From Iphione sp. A-MEVVRFRX5 (lineage: Eukaryota): a stretch of DNA of 64,000 nt. The notes under the pieces were generated by a model that had not been told where the DNA came from, did not search any database, and saw only the letters and a list, made by a program, of their open reading frames with translations. This document shows, one piece after another, positions 55,201 through 64,000 of this stretch (its first letter is position 1; each line of letters begins with the position of its first letter). The stretch lies in the NCBI GenBank assembly GCA_976226885.1, contig OZ320316.1, positions 75,640,001 to 75,704,000 on the forward strand, in the 5' to 3' direction. The position numbers were made by a program, and so were the translations under genes.

Positions 55201-58200
55201 ATTTTAGTCATTAGATTACTATGTCTCTGTCCACAAAATAATCGTCGTATCTGTGTGTAAATAGTAAACAGTATTCTATGAAGTATCTCTGTTTAGCTTT
55301 TACCAGACACCAAACATGTTATTTGAGGTAATTTGATAGTTAAAATGATTAAAATTAAGCTATATGATGTTAGATGTAGAACTGGATGGCGTTACAGATA
55401 TTTTCAAGATAATTTGATAGTTTAAGGCCTGTATATGCATGTTGTAATAAGTTTAAAGCCTGATTTTCTGTGATCTGTATTAATATCTATGATAGCATAA
55501 GGCATCCAGTTGTAACAATTTGTTTGAAATTATATCATATTCTAGTGCAGTGTTTGGCTGTATGAGGCCTTATAATTGAATGACTCTGTACACTCTGACC
55601 AATTTAATCACTGTATACTCTGTATTACTTCTTCTGCATTACGTCTGCATATAAGTACCTACCAGGTTCCCGGCAGCCTGCAGTCGATGACATCTCAGTT
55701 ATTGTAGACAGCATGCCTAGAGGCGGGTGTTTCTGAGGGCCCCAGAAACACCCTTACCCTCATGCTGGCGCCAGATTTTCAGAGATGTCACCGGCTGTAA
55801 GCATGCCGCTGCCTGGCCTTCTCTAGCGTTGAGGTATTGACTCTGACTCAACTCGAGTTGGATGTAGATTATACTAACACCATCCCTGCATGGTATAACC
55901 TCCCAAGTTTTCCTCTATAGAATAACCCTTCTCCCTCCCACCATGAAACTACAGAGACATCCGCCGTAAACCTGTCAATTTTGGCGAATCTATGGGACGG
56001 ATATCAGTGTTCCTATGTCCGCTGCAGCGTTTCTGCGGTACGACACCTGTACTTTTCGGGTGCCATTGTCACCTCCTCTCCTAAACAAACTAAACGAGAC
56101 ATTATCTTCATGTCGCTGAAATTGTCAGGTCGGTTTACGCCGGTGCCGACGGGATACCTTCTCTAAGGACAAGAACACTGAACACAGATTTGCTCACAAA
56201 CACACTCCAGATACCTTCTCACCCTTTTCCCAATAGTGGCGTCTCCCTCGTGGCTTTAGGGATTGATTCCATTGTGGGATTTTGGGGGTGAGTCGGCATG
56301 TACAACTTGTTTGATCCTGGTCTTTATCTGAGCAAGTCTGTACGTGTTGTAGCCTTTCATAGACTCACTCTCTGCTCCGATCTCACTCGAAACGCATGAG
56401 TGATACTGCAGACCGATGTCACTTTTGTGCTCCGTTTTCTTATTCTCATTTCCTTTGTGAGCTTGGATGGTGATAGCTGTCCTTGCCCGCGGTTGTTTTT
56501 TTCCTTCATTTTCATTTCCTATAACACATTTGATTGCTGTTGGGTTTTGTTAATTGTAATTCTCTTATCGTAGTTGTGAAGCAATTTTCAGAAATTTTGA
56601 AGGCGAAGATGTCCTTACAGCAGCCGACATTTTTGTACTATTTTTTGCAACCGTAAGTGTCGACACTGTCCACTGTTTATACAATGCCTTTTTCGTTTGA
56701 ATAACATTTAAGGCCCATTAAACTTATTTCTGTTCATATTCACTGCCACTGCAGAGGTTTTGGACCGATCTCGGTTTCATTTTGCGCGATCTAGGAGAGG
56801 TCAAAACGTCACTGAGTCTCCAGGTGAAAAAGATGGCAAGACCACGCTTACAAACTAGTTTTCACACTGCACCATCCCCCACCCTTACACGAGTGTGCTT
56901 ACATTATCTTTATTTCAATTACTACGTCCCTCCAGGGAGGGAGGTTTTTATAACTTTGGGTTCAGTATTCTTCTCAGTTCCTTTGACCGTGTTGGCGGCA
57001 TGTGGAGCACGTATATCTGCTGGCCAGTGGACTATTACGCTGTAATGTGCTGCCTCCATGTCGAGAGCAAATTTATGCTTCACTGATGGGCGCCATTATT
57101 GGATCGGATTGAAAAGAGCTCCCGGAAATTGTCCATTTTGATGTTTAATCAAAGACTCAGTTATATTATTTGATCATCTAAATTAATCTTGATGTTTTGT
57201 GGACATCATATTTTACGGGGAGAATGTTTTCGCCATAACGAAACAGTTTCATTTTGACTGCCCTTTTCCCAGAGTTGAAAACACGCAAATTAGGTCATCG
57301 ATTATCAGAATTCCTGCTCTTTCTTAAGAAATACAAATAGTGCTTTTCACCAGAACGTTTGGAAGGGCTTAGGAAATTTGCATTCCACGACAACTATCAT
57401 TAGGAGCACAAAGGGATATCAACACCATCAAGTCTTTACTAACATAACTTGCCCTGTCACTGCATGCCATGTGTGCATGCAAATGTCGTCATAGCAGTGT
57501 TGCGCTTGCCTGGCCTCCTGTCTTTAATATAAGTATGCATTGATTTCCTTCACAATACCACACAGTATAAAACAGGGTATGTGTGATATTAACTACTACA
57601 CTATGGAGATTATATGGTCATTTTACTCTATATTTGTGACCGTGCGCGTATAAAAAATACTCTCCGATGGACGTTTTGGCAAGTGAACCTATTTCTAACC
57701 TCAGTTGGAGGGACCTCATGCTTTATATAGAACTCCGCCAGGGGTCGTAATTGTTTGGTTTAGAGTGGTCCCCCGTCATGCTCATCTCCTGTAAAATTTC
57801 ACATTGCCTTACATTTCTGAATAGGCAAAGAAGTCTTTTTAAGTGAGCCTGGTCCCTCCACTGAGCTCTTGTCACTGTGTTTGTGATTGTCCATGCGAGT
57901 AGACCTGGTGAGCGTGTGAAGTGCTGCTGCTCCCGCTGCCTCCCTCCGCCAAGCGCCGCCAGGCGTCGCCAGTGTTGCTCACCGCCTGCCTCCGTGCGGG
58001 GCGACCGTGGTGTCTGACGGTGTTGCCACCTGGTTGTTGTCCCCCGCACCACACTAATGCTTGTCACTTGGTTTTGTTTTCACTCCTCACTTGCCTTGCA
58101 TGCCATCGTATGGTGGAAAATGAACAGGGAAAGCCCGCAGAGGTATGTGCTCAGTTCATCGACTGCAGCCCGCCCAGTTTCTTTGTCCAAGTATACTTAT

Positions 58201-61038
58201 ATTGCGGCCTCGCTCTGGCCATCGCACACTTCTACCGACTCCTCTCTGTGCCCAGACCCGGAACACATGCAGACACAAACACAACACCCAGACCTCATCC
58301 CTACTTTAGGATGACCATACACTGGACCCCCCTCGTCCTTCCTGCCCCCGTAGGGTCGGTAAGGGTGCACATAGGGTGAAGCCGACAGGCATAAACCGGA
58401 GGCATGCTCGCCAAATTCGCACCAGGTGTAGCCTCACATGGCACGCCCTCTTAGATATTTAATAGGGAGTCCTTTGCACTGAGTGGTTCGTTAACACACT
58501 AGTTCATTTAAGAATCTTAGTACTTCTCCCTGTCTTCATACAAGGATGCATCAGTGTTGTAAAGCAGTAAATATCATCATATAGCAGTATGTATCTTTAC
58601 CCTCTTTCCAAAATACCTGCGTCTGTAATCGGACACGATATCTAACATGAAAGAACATGTACATTGCATGGATTTCCATAATGAATTAATCTATTGCTTA
58701 TAGAGTAATAACATGTATAAACGCCCTGCTAATCCTGATTTCTAACCATTTAGGTTTAAGTGTAGGATTGATAACACCCCATTTTCGGGTGTGCCTATAG
58801 CATGCTACTCTATCCTCAGTAGTCCATTCTATAGGTTGGGTGTGTGCTTGGACGCGCCTCCTCTGGTCCCTCCTGGGCGAGACCCACTCTGTGTCCTCCC
58901 TTACCGACCACCACAGACAGTAGTTCTGGGCCTATTGTGCGTTTATTCGTTATAACACGGCTGGGATGTGCTAATATATAATAAGTGTTTGATGGGGAAA
59001 AAGCACCTCCAGCACTTCAGTTCAACAATCCTTTTTAATAGTTTGCTTGTAATATCTAGCCCTATTAAAGAAATATGGGATTATTTTGATATTGAGTGAG
59101 TTTTATATTGGGTTCGTATTTATTTCTACTTAACTGCGTTCTTTTCATTCTAAGTCACTTTCGCTGCAGTTCTCTTCCAAATCCAAGCAAATGTAAGGGT
59201 TGATGGGCAACTGCTCAGCACTTTGAAAGCTCATGATAATTGGCGGCGACCTATCGGTGGAGGACACCAAACGTTACACATCCCAGCCGGCCTGTTTCCC
59301 TTGCAGCCCGCCTGCCCATGAGTGTAATCAATCAGCACGTTTGACGCTAACACTGTGTGCCTGTCCCGTTATACAGAGCTCCAGGAGCCCATCCGCATCC
59401 CGATGTTCTCCGGAGAGAGTTATCTGGCCTACGTCGACCCCTTCATAATGCAAAGGTAAGTGGGGCGCTGCAGCCTAAAATAACCAAACGCCCGTATTGA
59501 TGATGCGCACTTTAAAGGAACTTACATAAGTGTATATCAACATGTACTTGTAGCCCCCATGTATCCACTATTTTGGTAGCTTAATTCTGATTGAAACGTT
59601 AGTTTGTCTCAGTTCTCTGTGATGTTAAAATGCTCATTTACGCTTACTTTAACCCTAACCCCCTCCCCCCGGGTTGCAGACCATTGTCGGTACCCTAATC
59701 TAATGATACGTTTAGTTTTAGTAGCAGTAGTTTTATTGAATGTCAATAGCGCCAGATAAAATTGTCGAAATATATATCAACAGCCTCCAGTAAGAATTTT
59801 AACACAAACATCCAGTCCGGTATTTGAGGCAGTTAACAATGGAAGCGATTTGAATTTAACCCATAACTCCTAGGGTGCGTGGAAAGAAGATCGATATCCA
59901 AATGAAGATCCGAGCCATGGGACCGGAAGGCCTTCTCTTCTGGACCGGCGAGGAGAAGATGACGTCATCCAGCGACTTCCTGTCCCTCGGGATCAGGGAA
60001 GGTCATGTGCAGTTTAGCTACAACCTTGGCAGTGGGGAGGCTGTTATAATCTATAACGAGAGCCGGATAGATGATGGCAATTGGCACAAGATTAGGGCTC
60101 AAAGGTTGGTGCAGTTAATTGCTTGATGGTATNNNNNNNNNNNNNNNNNNNNNNNNNNNNNNNNNNNNNNNNNNNNNNNNNNNNNNNNNNNNNNNNNNNN
60201 NNNNNNNNNNNNNNNNNNNNNNNNNNNNNNNNNNNNNNNNNNNNNNNNNNNNNNNNNNNNNNNNTGCGTCTATTGTCTAGAAAACGTGTACATGTATATT
60301 CATACCAGTGTCCATACTAGCTCCGAGAGTGACTAAAAAAGATAAGCTTACAATTTAGGCAAGTCTTTTAGCATTCTGTAGTCCATGCATATTCTTAGTC
60401 ATCTACTTATTTTCGATTTGCCTAGATACGAGCGCATCGGCTACTTGGAGATTGACGGCACCGAGGTCATTGAGGGTGCCTCGCCTGGTCCTCTGAAACA
60501 ACTTAACACTCAGAGCAAGCTCTATGTTGGTAAGTTACAGGTCATACGTTGGAGTGTACCTTTTACGTCTTGTATTACAGTCCGTCGCCACAGCAATGGA
60601 AGTTTCCGTTCAGCCACGCCTAGCATCTTCATCTTTGAAAGAGTGTCAACGGATGCTTCTTTTAACGTACATTGTACAAGATACAGGAAATGTTATACAC
60701 ATAACAATACAGTATGGTATAAATGTCATTTACATCAAAAGACGTTTTGTACATTCTCAGCAGATACAAGTATAAAATGCCGGTTTAGCGACCTTAAAAA
60801 CTTGTTAGGGATATGTTGTGCTCTTAATTTGCGGCCATGTCCAGTATTCTCTAAATGTTTAATTCTGATGTGGCAATTTGATATTTTAGGAGGCATGGAG
60901 GACATTGTTTTATCAACCAAGAAGAAATTCAAGAGTGGTTTCGTGGGTTGCGTGTCCAATATCACGCTGGCGACAGACTATCACATTGATCTCATCGGCG
61001 AAGCCGCCGAAGGCCAAAACATCCAACAGTGCTCATAG
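30506..61038 (+). CDS. EGFLAM: Pikachurin/EGFLAM orthologue, spliced and 5'-incomplete: join(30506-31249,39096-39297,47048-47192,47669-47861,50050-50175,51088-51191,51420-51553,51873-52101,54682-54862,59377-59455,59874-60104,60426-60529,60890-61038)
   Basis: All 12 introns are GT-AG with matching phases. The joined exons total 2621 nt (2 nt of a split codon plus 873 codons including TAG). Domain order EGF-LG-EGF-LG-EGF-LG and motifs ([78 protein letters not shown]) match my recollection of vertebrate pikachurin better than agrin or perlecan. No database search was run. Confidence 0.93.
35657..35669 (-). promoter_or_regulatory. CTCF-like motif, exact match to CCRSYAGRKGGCR
   Basis: Reverse complement reads CCACTAGATGGCA. 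Motif match only. Confidence 0.45.
37173..37244. repeat. 36-bp tandem duplication (2 copies, 1 mismatch)
   Basis: catatgtacatgtatgcatcta(a/g)ttaaatgcatatc twice. Each copy contains TACATGTA and a tgcat...atgca inverted pair. Confidence 0.9.
37959..38153 (-). mobile_element. Decayed L2/CR1-group LINE, 3' end of ORF2
   Basis: Minus strand reads [46 protein letters not shown], resembling the TR..LP..T....GP.LWN.LP......FK..LK C-terminal pattern of these LINEs. In-frame stop. Pattern recognition only. Confidence 0.5.
38932..38949. repeat. (AT)9 microsatellite
   Basis: Read directly. Confidence 0.9.
39096..39297 (+). CDS. EGFLAM: Exon 2: N-terminal part of LamG1 (phase 1/2)
   Basis: Acceptor ttcctttctgtag, donor AG|gtaagc. 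Encodes [68 protein letters not shown]. Confidence 0.95.
47048..47192 (+). CDS. EGFLAM: Exon 3: middle of LamG1 (phase 2/0)
   Basis: Acceptor ttttgtttcaaatccag, donor AAG|gtcagc. Encodes [48 protein letters not shown]. Confidence 0.95.
47669..47861 (+). CDS. EGFLAM: Exon 4: C-terminal part of LamG1 (phase 0/1)
   Basis: Acceptor ttttattctcttgcag, donor G|gtacgt. Encodes [17 protein letters not shown]...[13 protein letters not shown]...GDAIHGVDV. Confidence 0.95.
48941..48943 (+). CDS. EGFLAM: Candidate 3-nt alternative microexon (phase 1/1) between LamG1 and EGF2
   Basis: ctaac...ttgttttgtgctttttgtcatcacag|AAG|gtacgt. Would add one Glu. The donor hexamer is identical to that of exon 4. No transcript evidence. 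Confidence 0.5.
50050..50175 (+). CDS. EGFLAM: Exon 5: EGF2 (phase 1/1)
   Basis: Acceptor gcttaacag, donor A|gtaagt. Encodes [42 protein letters not shown]. Confidence 0.95.
50351..50430. repeat. Alternating purine/pyrimidine tract followed by a GA-rich microsatellite (inside the MITE)
   Basis: atgtgtgcgtgcatgcgtgcatgtgtgtatg, then (GA/GAAA/GACA)n at 50389-50430. Confidence 0.85.
50433..50555. repeat. Minisatellite, 41-bp unit x3 (inside the MITE)
   Basis: tttttcatggagtttgaagca(t/g)at(t/c)ggtggaaattgtg(t/c)(g/a)g starting at 50433, 50474 and 50515. Confidence 0.95.
51088..51191 (+). CDS. EGFLAM: Exon 6: start of LamG2 (phase 1/0); not in the ORF track
   Basis: Acceptor cactcttgcag, donor AAG|gtaatt. 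Encodes [35 protein letters not shown]; its 104 nt exactly bridge the phases of exons 5 and 7. Confidence 0.9.
51420..51553 (+). CDS. EGFLAM: Exon 7: LamG2 (phase 0/2)
   Basis: Acceptor ctccttttcgatgccag, donor AG|gtgggg. Encodes [45 protein letters not shown]. Confidence 0.95.
51873..52101 (+). CDS. EGFLAM: Exon 8: LamG2 (phase 2/0)
   Basis: Acceptor ctttattcctatag, donor AAG|gtgtgt. Encodes [29 protein letters not shown]...[12 protein letters not shown]...FVGCIQK. Confidence 0.95.
54204..54217 (-). promoter_or_regulatory. CTCF-like motif (1 mismatch)
   Basis: Reverse complement reads TCGCCAGGGGGCGC. Motif match only. Confidence 0.45.
54682..54862 (+). CDS. EGFLAM: Exon 9: end of LamG2 plus EGF3 (phase 0/1); not in the ORF track on this strand
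   Basis: Acceptor attctatcatag, donor A|gtgagt. Encodes [60 protein letters not shown]. Confidence 0.95.
58128..58142 (+). CDS. EGFLAM: Candidate 15-nt alternative microexon (phase 1/1) between EGF3 and LamG3
   Basis: aacag|GGAAAGCCCGCAGAG|gtatgt. Upstream there is no AG for 153 nt, an ACTAAT branch-point motif at 58053, a pyrimidine tract and clustered TGC. Frame-preserving with no stop. No transcript evidence. Confidence 0.5.
59377..59455 (+). CDS. EGFLAM: Exon 10: start of LamG3 (phase 1/2)
   Basis: Acceptor cctgtcccgttatacag, donor AG|gtaagt. Encodes [27 protein letters not shown]. Confidence 0.92.
59874..60104 (+). CDS. EGFLAM: Exon 11: LamG3 (phase 2/2)
   Basis: Acceptor cataactcctag, donor AG|gttggt. 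Encodes [54 protein letters not shown]...[11 protein letters not shown]. Confidence 0.95.
60133..60264. other. Assembly gap (132 N) in intron 11
   Basis: Run of N. The flanking exons still join in frame. Confidence 1.
60426..60529 (+). CDS. EGFLAM: Exon 12: LamG3 (phase 2/1)
   Basis: Acceptor tttcgatttgcctag, donor G|gtaagt. Encodes [34 protein letters not shown]. Confidence 0.95.
60890..61038 (+). CDS. EGFLAM: Exon 13: coding part of the terminal exon, LamG3 C-terminus and TAG stop
   Basis: Acceptor tttgatattttag. Encodes [49 protein letters not shown] followed by TAG at 61036-61038. Confidence 0.95.
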
Positions 61039-63850
61039 GCTGAAACTGTAGAAGGTACTGACTCAGACAGAGACAGCCAACCAGAACGAGGACCTCAGTG
61101 CGCTGCCCACGAATAGTAAATACGCCCCAAGACCAGAAAGATACTGACTGGATGCCAGTGGAAAAGGGCTGGGGGTTATATTGGTAACCTTGTCGTGCAT
61201 ACATGATGATGGCAACCGAATCTCGCATGATGCAATGTATATTATGTTCGCAGGACTAGTAGTTACCTTTTCAGCAGCTAAAGTCCGTCTGCACTGAGCT
61301 CAACAAGGGAATCAGACAATCTAACCAAAATGGCGGACCTTACTTTGTTTGTACTATAGTCACAGGATGCATATGATTATACTCATCAGTAACCACCAGA
61401 ATGTTCCAGTGTATGCTCTTCAGTTTTTATAGAGAATATAAATTTCCTACGAAAAGCTGGTCATCTCCTGAACGCGATGTATTACCTCTTGTAGCAATAT
61501 CAGTCATTGTAGACAATTTGATTTTTCAGTACCGTGCCTTTATATAGAACAAAGACCGGCGTGACTAATCATTGTTTGCTGTCTGTTGGTCATTTACATA
61601 GGTGAACCGCATACAATATTATGACTCCCGTGAAAAAAACTAGCAACCAATATATAGGTTCTTCTCTCATGCCCGACAAAAACGAAGACCGCTTTTCAGT
61701 CTCTTGCTTGTGTGTGTCCATTCATCATGAAAAGGTAGCAAAGACAATGTTTATCCTAATTGGTCAGTACAGAGGACTAAGATGTCTGGGTTCCACAGTG
61801 CTGTGCGAACAAGCGAAATTTTTGTATATATCCCATTTTGTTGACTACCTCAACATAACCCATGCCACTACGGTTCCCTGTTAATGAGTTTTAACTCTAA
61901 AATTCATATAGATGAGACTGAGATTATTTTTGTATAAGTCCACATAAAACTGCTCTATGTTGTCAACTGTGCTTTACAACTGTTGTTTGACCTTTGCTGC
62001 GTGTATGATAAAAGGTGCCGAAGAACAATTCAGGACAGAATTCTCGCCGTTTCAAAGAAAAGGCATTACAGAGGCCAACCTTTACTGAGAGAGAAGGGCA
62101 TTACATGCTCTCGAAGGGGAGAAGCAAGTGCGTGGAGCCTGGACATCTTTACACTAGAATGGTACAATAATTGTTAATATAGAGCCTAGTTGGTCGCAAA
62201 AATAGACTGGGATCTGTGTATATATCAAACTGCATTGTTAAGACACGAGGAGTGCAATAAGCACAGGACACACGTACTTTTAAATACTTTTCAGGGGTAC
62301 ACGGAAGTTTATGGAATAATTGTTTTCCTTTTATGTTTCCATCAGCACTACCCCTGTTCATTCAAGGTCAACATCATTTGTGAGGACAAAAACCATGCTT
62401 GTTTTATTTTTGTTTCCATTTTCATTTCTGTTTCAAATACTCCGATCACTGTACTTGTTTTACAAGAAAAAAGTGCTTCGAAGGTAAGTGATTTGAACTG
62501 TGGTTACGAGTTAATGGGAAACGATGCAATATTGATTTGAACAGGCCAACTGCACATCACTAGCATATTTGGATAAAAAATATAAGTAGATTGCATCAGA
62601 ACGCCTGTAAAGTATGTGTTGAAATCGAATGATCTTTTATGTCTCCATGTCCATCGTATGTTTCTCCGTCTTCTGCTTTCTTCTAGTTTTATGGTGATGT
62701 AATAAGTAGCTGTATAGGAGTGGATAACAGAGCCCTACTCATTGAGTATTATAAATATGATATAACTATATACACCCTTCAATTTCTCTAGACATTCTTA
62801 GATGAATTCGAGAAAAAAGTACATGGCCAAGGACAGAGGTCTTTATTCCGAAAAAAATTCGTTCTTTCATACAACTACTGTCCAGTGCTAGTGATACCTA
62901 ATTACCAGCTTTGTTGTGGTAATTTCATCAATTGTAAGGTGGTAATAATGTATATATGTGTACGTATATATACATATGTATACACATCTATGAAGGAAGC
63001 TTAAAAATTCCAGTGTATTCAAGGAATTTCTAATGTGGCGTAGACGCCAGCTAATATTAGATGAATCTGATTGAAGTTTGTCATTTACAAGGAAGACTGC
63101 CACTGTAGGCGATAGGTTATCTCTAGACTGACGTTGCATGAAGTTAGCTGTTGTCGTGGCCAGTAGCATGAACATTTCCACGATACTATGAGCTACATTA
63201 TACAATTCTCTAGCTGTAGCTAGCAATGCAACCACTTCGGTCCATCAACTTTGTTTAGAATTGTGATAATTATTTATTTTATGGTATTGGTTCCATTTTG
63301 GCAATACCATGACAGTCGTCTTGTGTGACTCTACACAGTACTATTTTTTTTACTTTCGTACATATCTGATATATTATGGATTAAATTTGTTTCTAGCACA
63401 TCATATAGCAAGAAATGAGTTCCAGATATTTTAGCTCGCTCATTCCACGTTTTAACCAGGAGATTAACCCAGCTGGTGGTCTTTCTTCTTACCTACAGTA
63501 TGTTTTCATTTGAGAATTACCATGCGTCTGGCACGGTGTGAAAGGCAACCATGTACATCATCTGATACCGACTTTGATCTAGCATTAAGCATGTCTCTCT
63601 AGTAATAAGTGTCCTACATTGACTATTTAGGTGTATTTATTGTTTGCATTTGTATGTAGAACTTTGTATTGTCATAACTGTAGGGAAAAGATTTAACACG
63701 AAACGTTTCTGTCCCATTCTTGTGATTTCTTTTAAAATCCAAAGATAACGACCTGAATATTTGGCCCCATACACTGAAGGTCACTCATTTGTACATGTAT
63801 CTGTAACGTGGACCTGCCAGTCATAAATAAACACATATATAGACACTGTT
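61039..63850 (+). other. EGFLAM: Putative long 3'UTR (about 2.8 kb)
   Basis: AT-rich non-coding sequence after the stop; the first AATAAA I could find is at 63826. The 3' end is inferred only from that signal. Confidence 0.5.
63826..63831 (+). terminator. Candidate polyadenylation signal AATAAA
   Basis: First canonical hexamer after the stop codon, with a short GT/T-rich tract (ctgttgctt) about 15-20 nt downstream. ATTAAA variants also occur at 63380 and 63881. Confidence 0.5.
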
Positions 63851-64000
63851 GCTTCGACTCCAGTATGTACGTAGTAATATATTAAATGTACAATATACAT
63901 TTGTAGAAGTCAGGAAAACACTAGCACGGCCATAACTTACCAGAGCCTGTTTTCAAGTACTTGTAACTTAATTTTATCTTTAATATGGATTTATTCTTTT

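Noticed and set aside
7800-58740. TAATCC (Otx/Crx-type) sites, tempting because vertebrate pikachurin is a photoreceptor gene
   Set aside because: The occurrences I noticed are not above the roughly 20 per strand expected by chance, and they are not clustered.
55921-59192. Other donor/acceptor pairs in intron 9 (55921-55965, 56237/56260-56287, 56592/56621/56624-56652, 59170-59192)
   Set aside because: Lengths are not multiples of 3, or they contain in-frame stops.
60385-61038. 217-aa ORF running through intron 12
   Set aside because: The middle (KLQVIRW...FDIL) is not LamG-like and is bounded by good splice sites (60530 gtaagt, 60889 ag). The 360-nt intron is stop-free in this frame, most likely by chance; intron retention is not excluded but is unsupported.

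Overview
Eukaryotic genomic DNA, about 40-45% GC, probably from a non-vertebrate bilaterian; the strong TACATGTA enrichment suggests a marine invertebrate, but the species cannot be determined. I can support one protein-coding gene: a + strand pikachurin/EGFLAM orthologue rebuilt by hand from 13 GT-AG exons (30506-61038). Phases are consistent at all 12 introns, giving about 872 codons: low-complexity acidic/basic N-terminal region, then EGF-LamG-EGF-LamG-EGF-LamG, followed by a putative 2.8 kb 3'UTR. I could not find the start codon or signal-peptide exon, and the first 30.5 kb contain no recognisable gene. Non-coding features are two TAA-flanked PIF/Harbinger-like MITEs with internal minisatellites, two decayed L2/CR1-type LINE 3' fragments, several tandem repeats and a 132-nt N gap. 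The most interesting signal is a set of frame-preserving microexon candidates at EGF/LamG junctions: 15 nt at 58128-58142 adding a basic RKARR insert before LamG3, 3 nt at 48941-48943, and a weaker 9 nt candidate at 33373-33381. These are sequence-only predictions and need RNA evidence. I see no evidence of a wholly new gene system. Almost all other ORFs in the supplied track look spurious.
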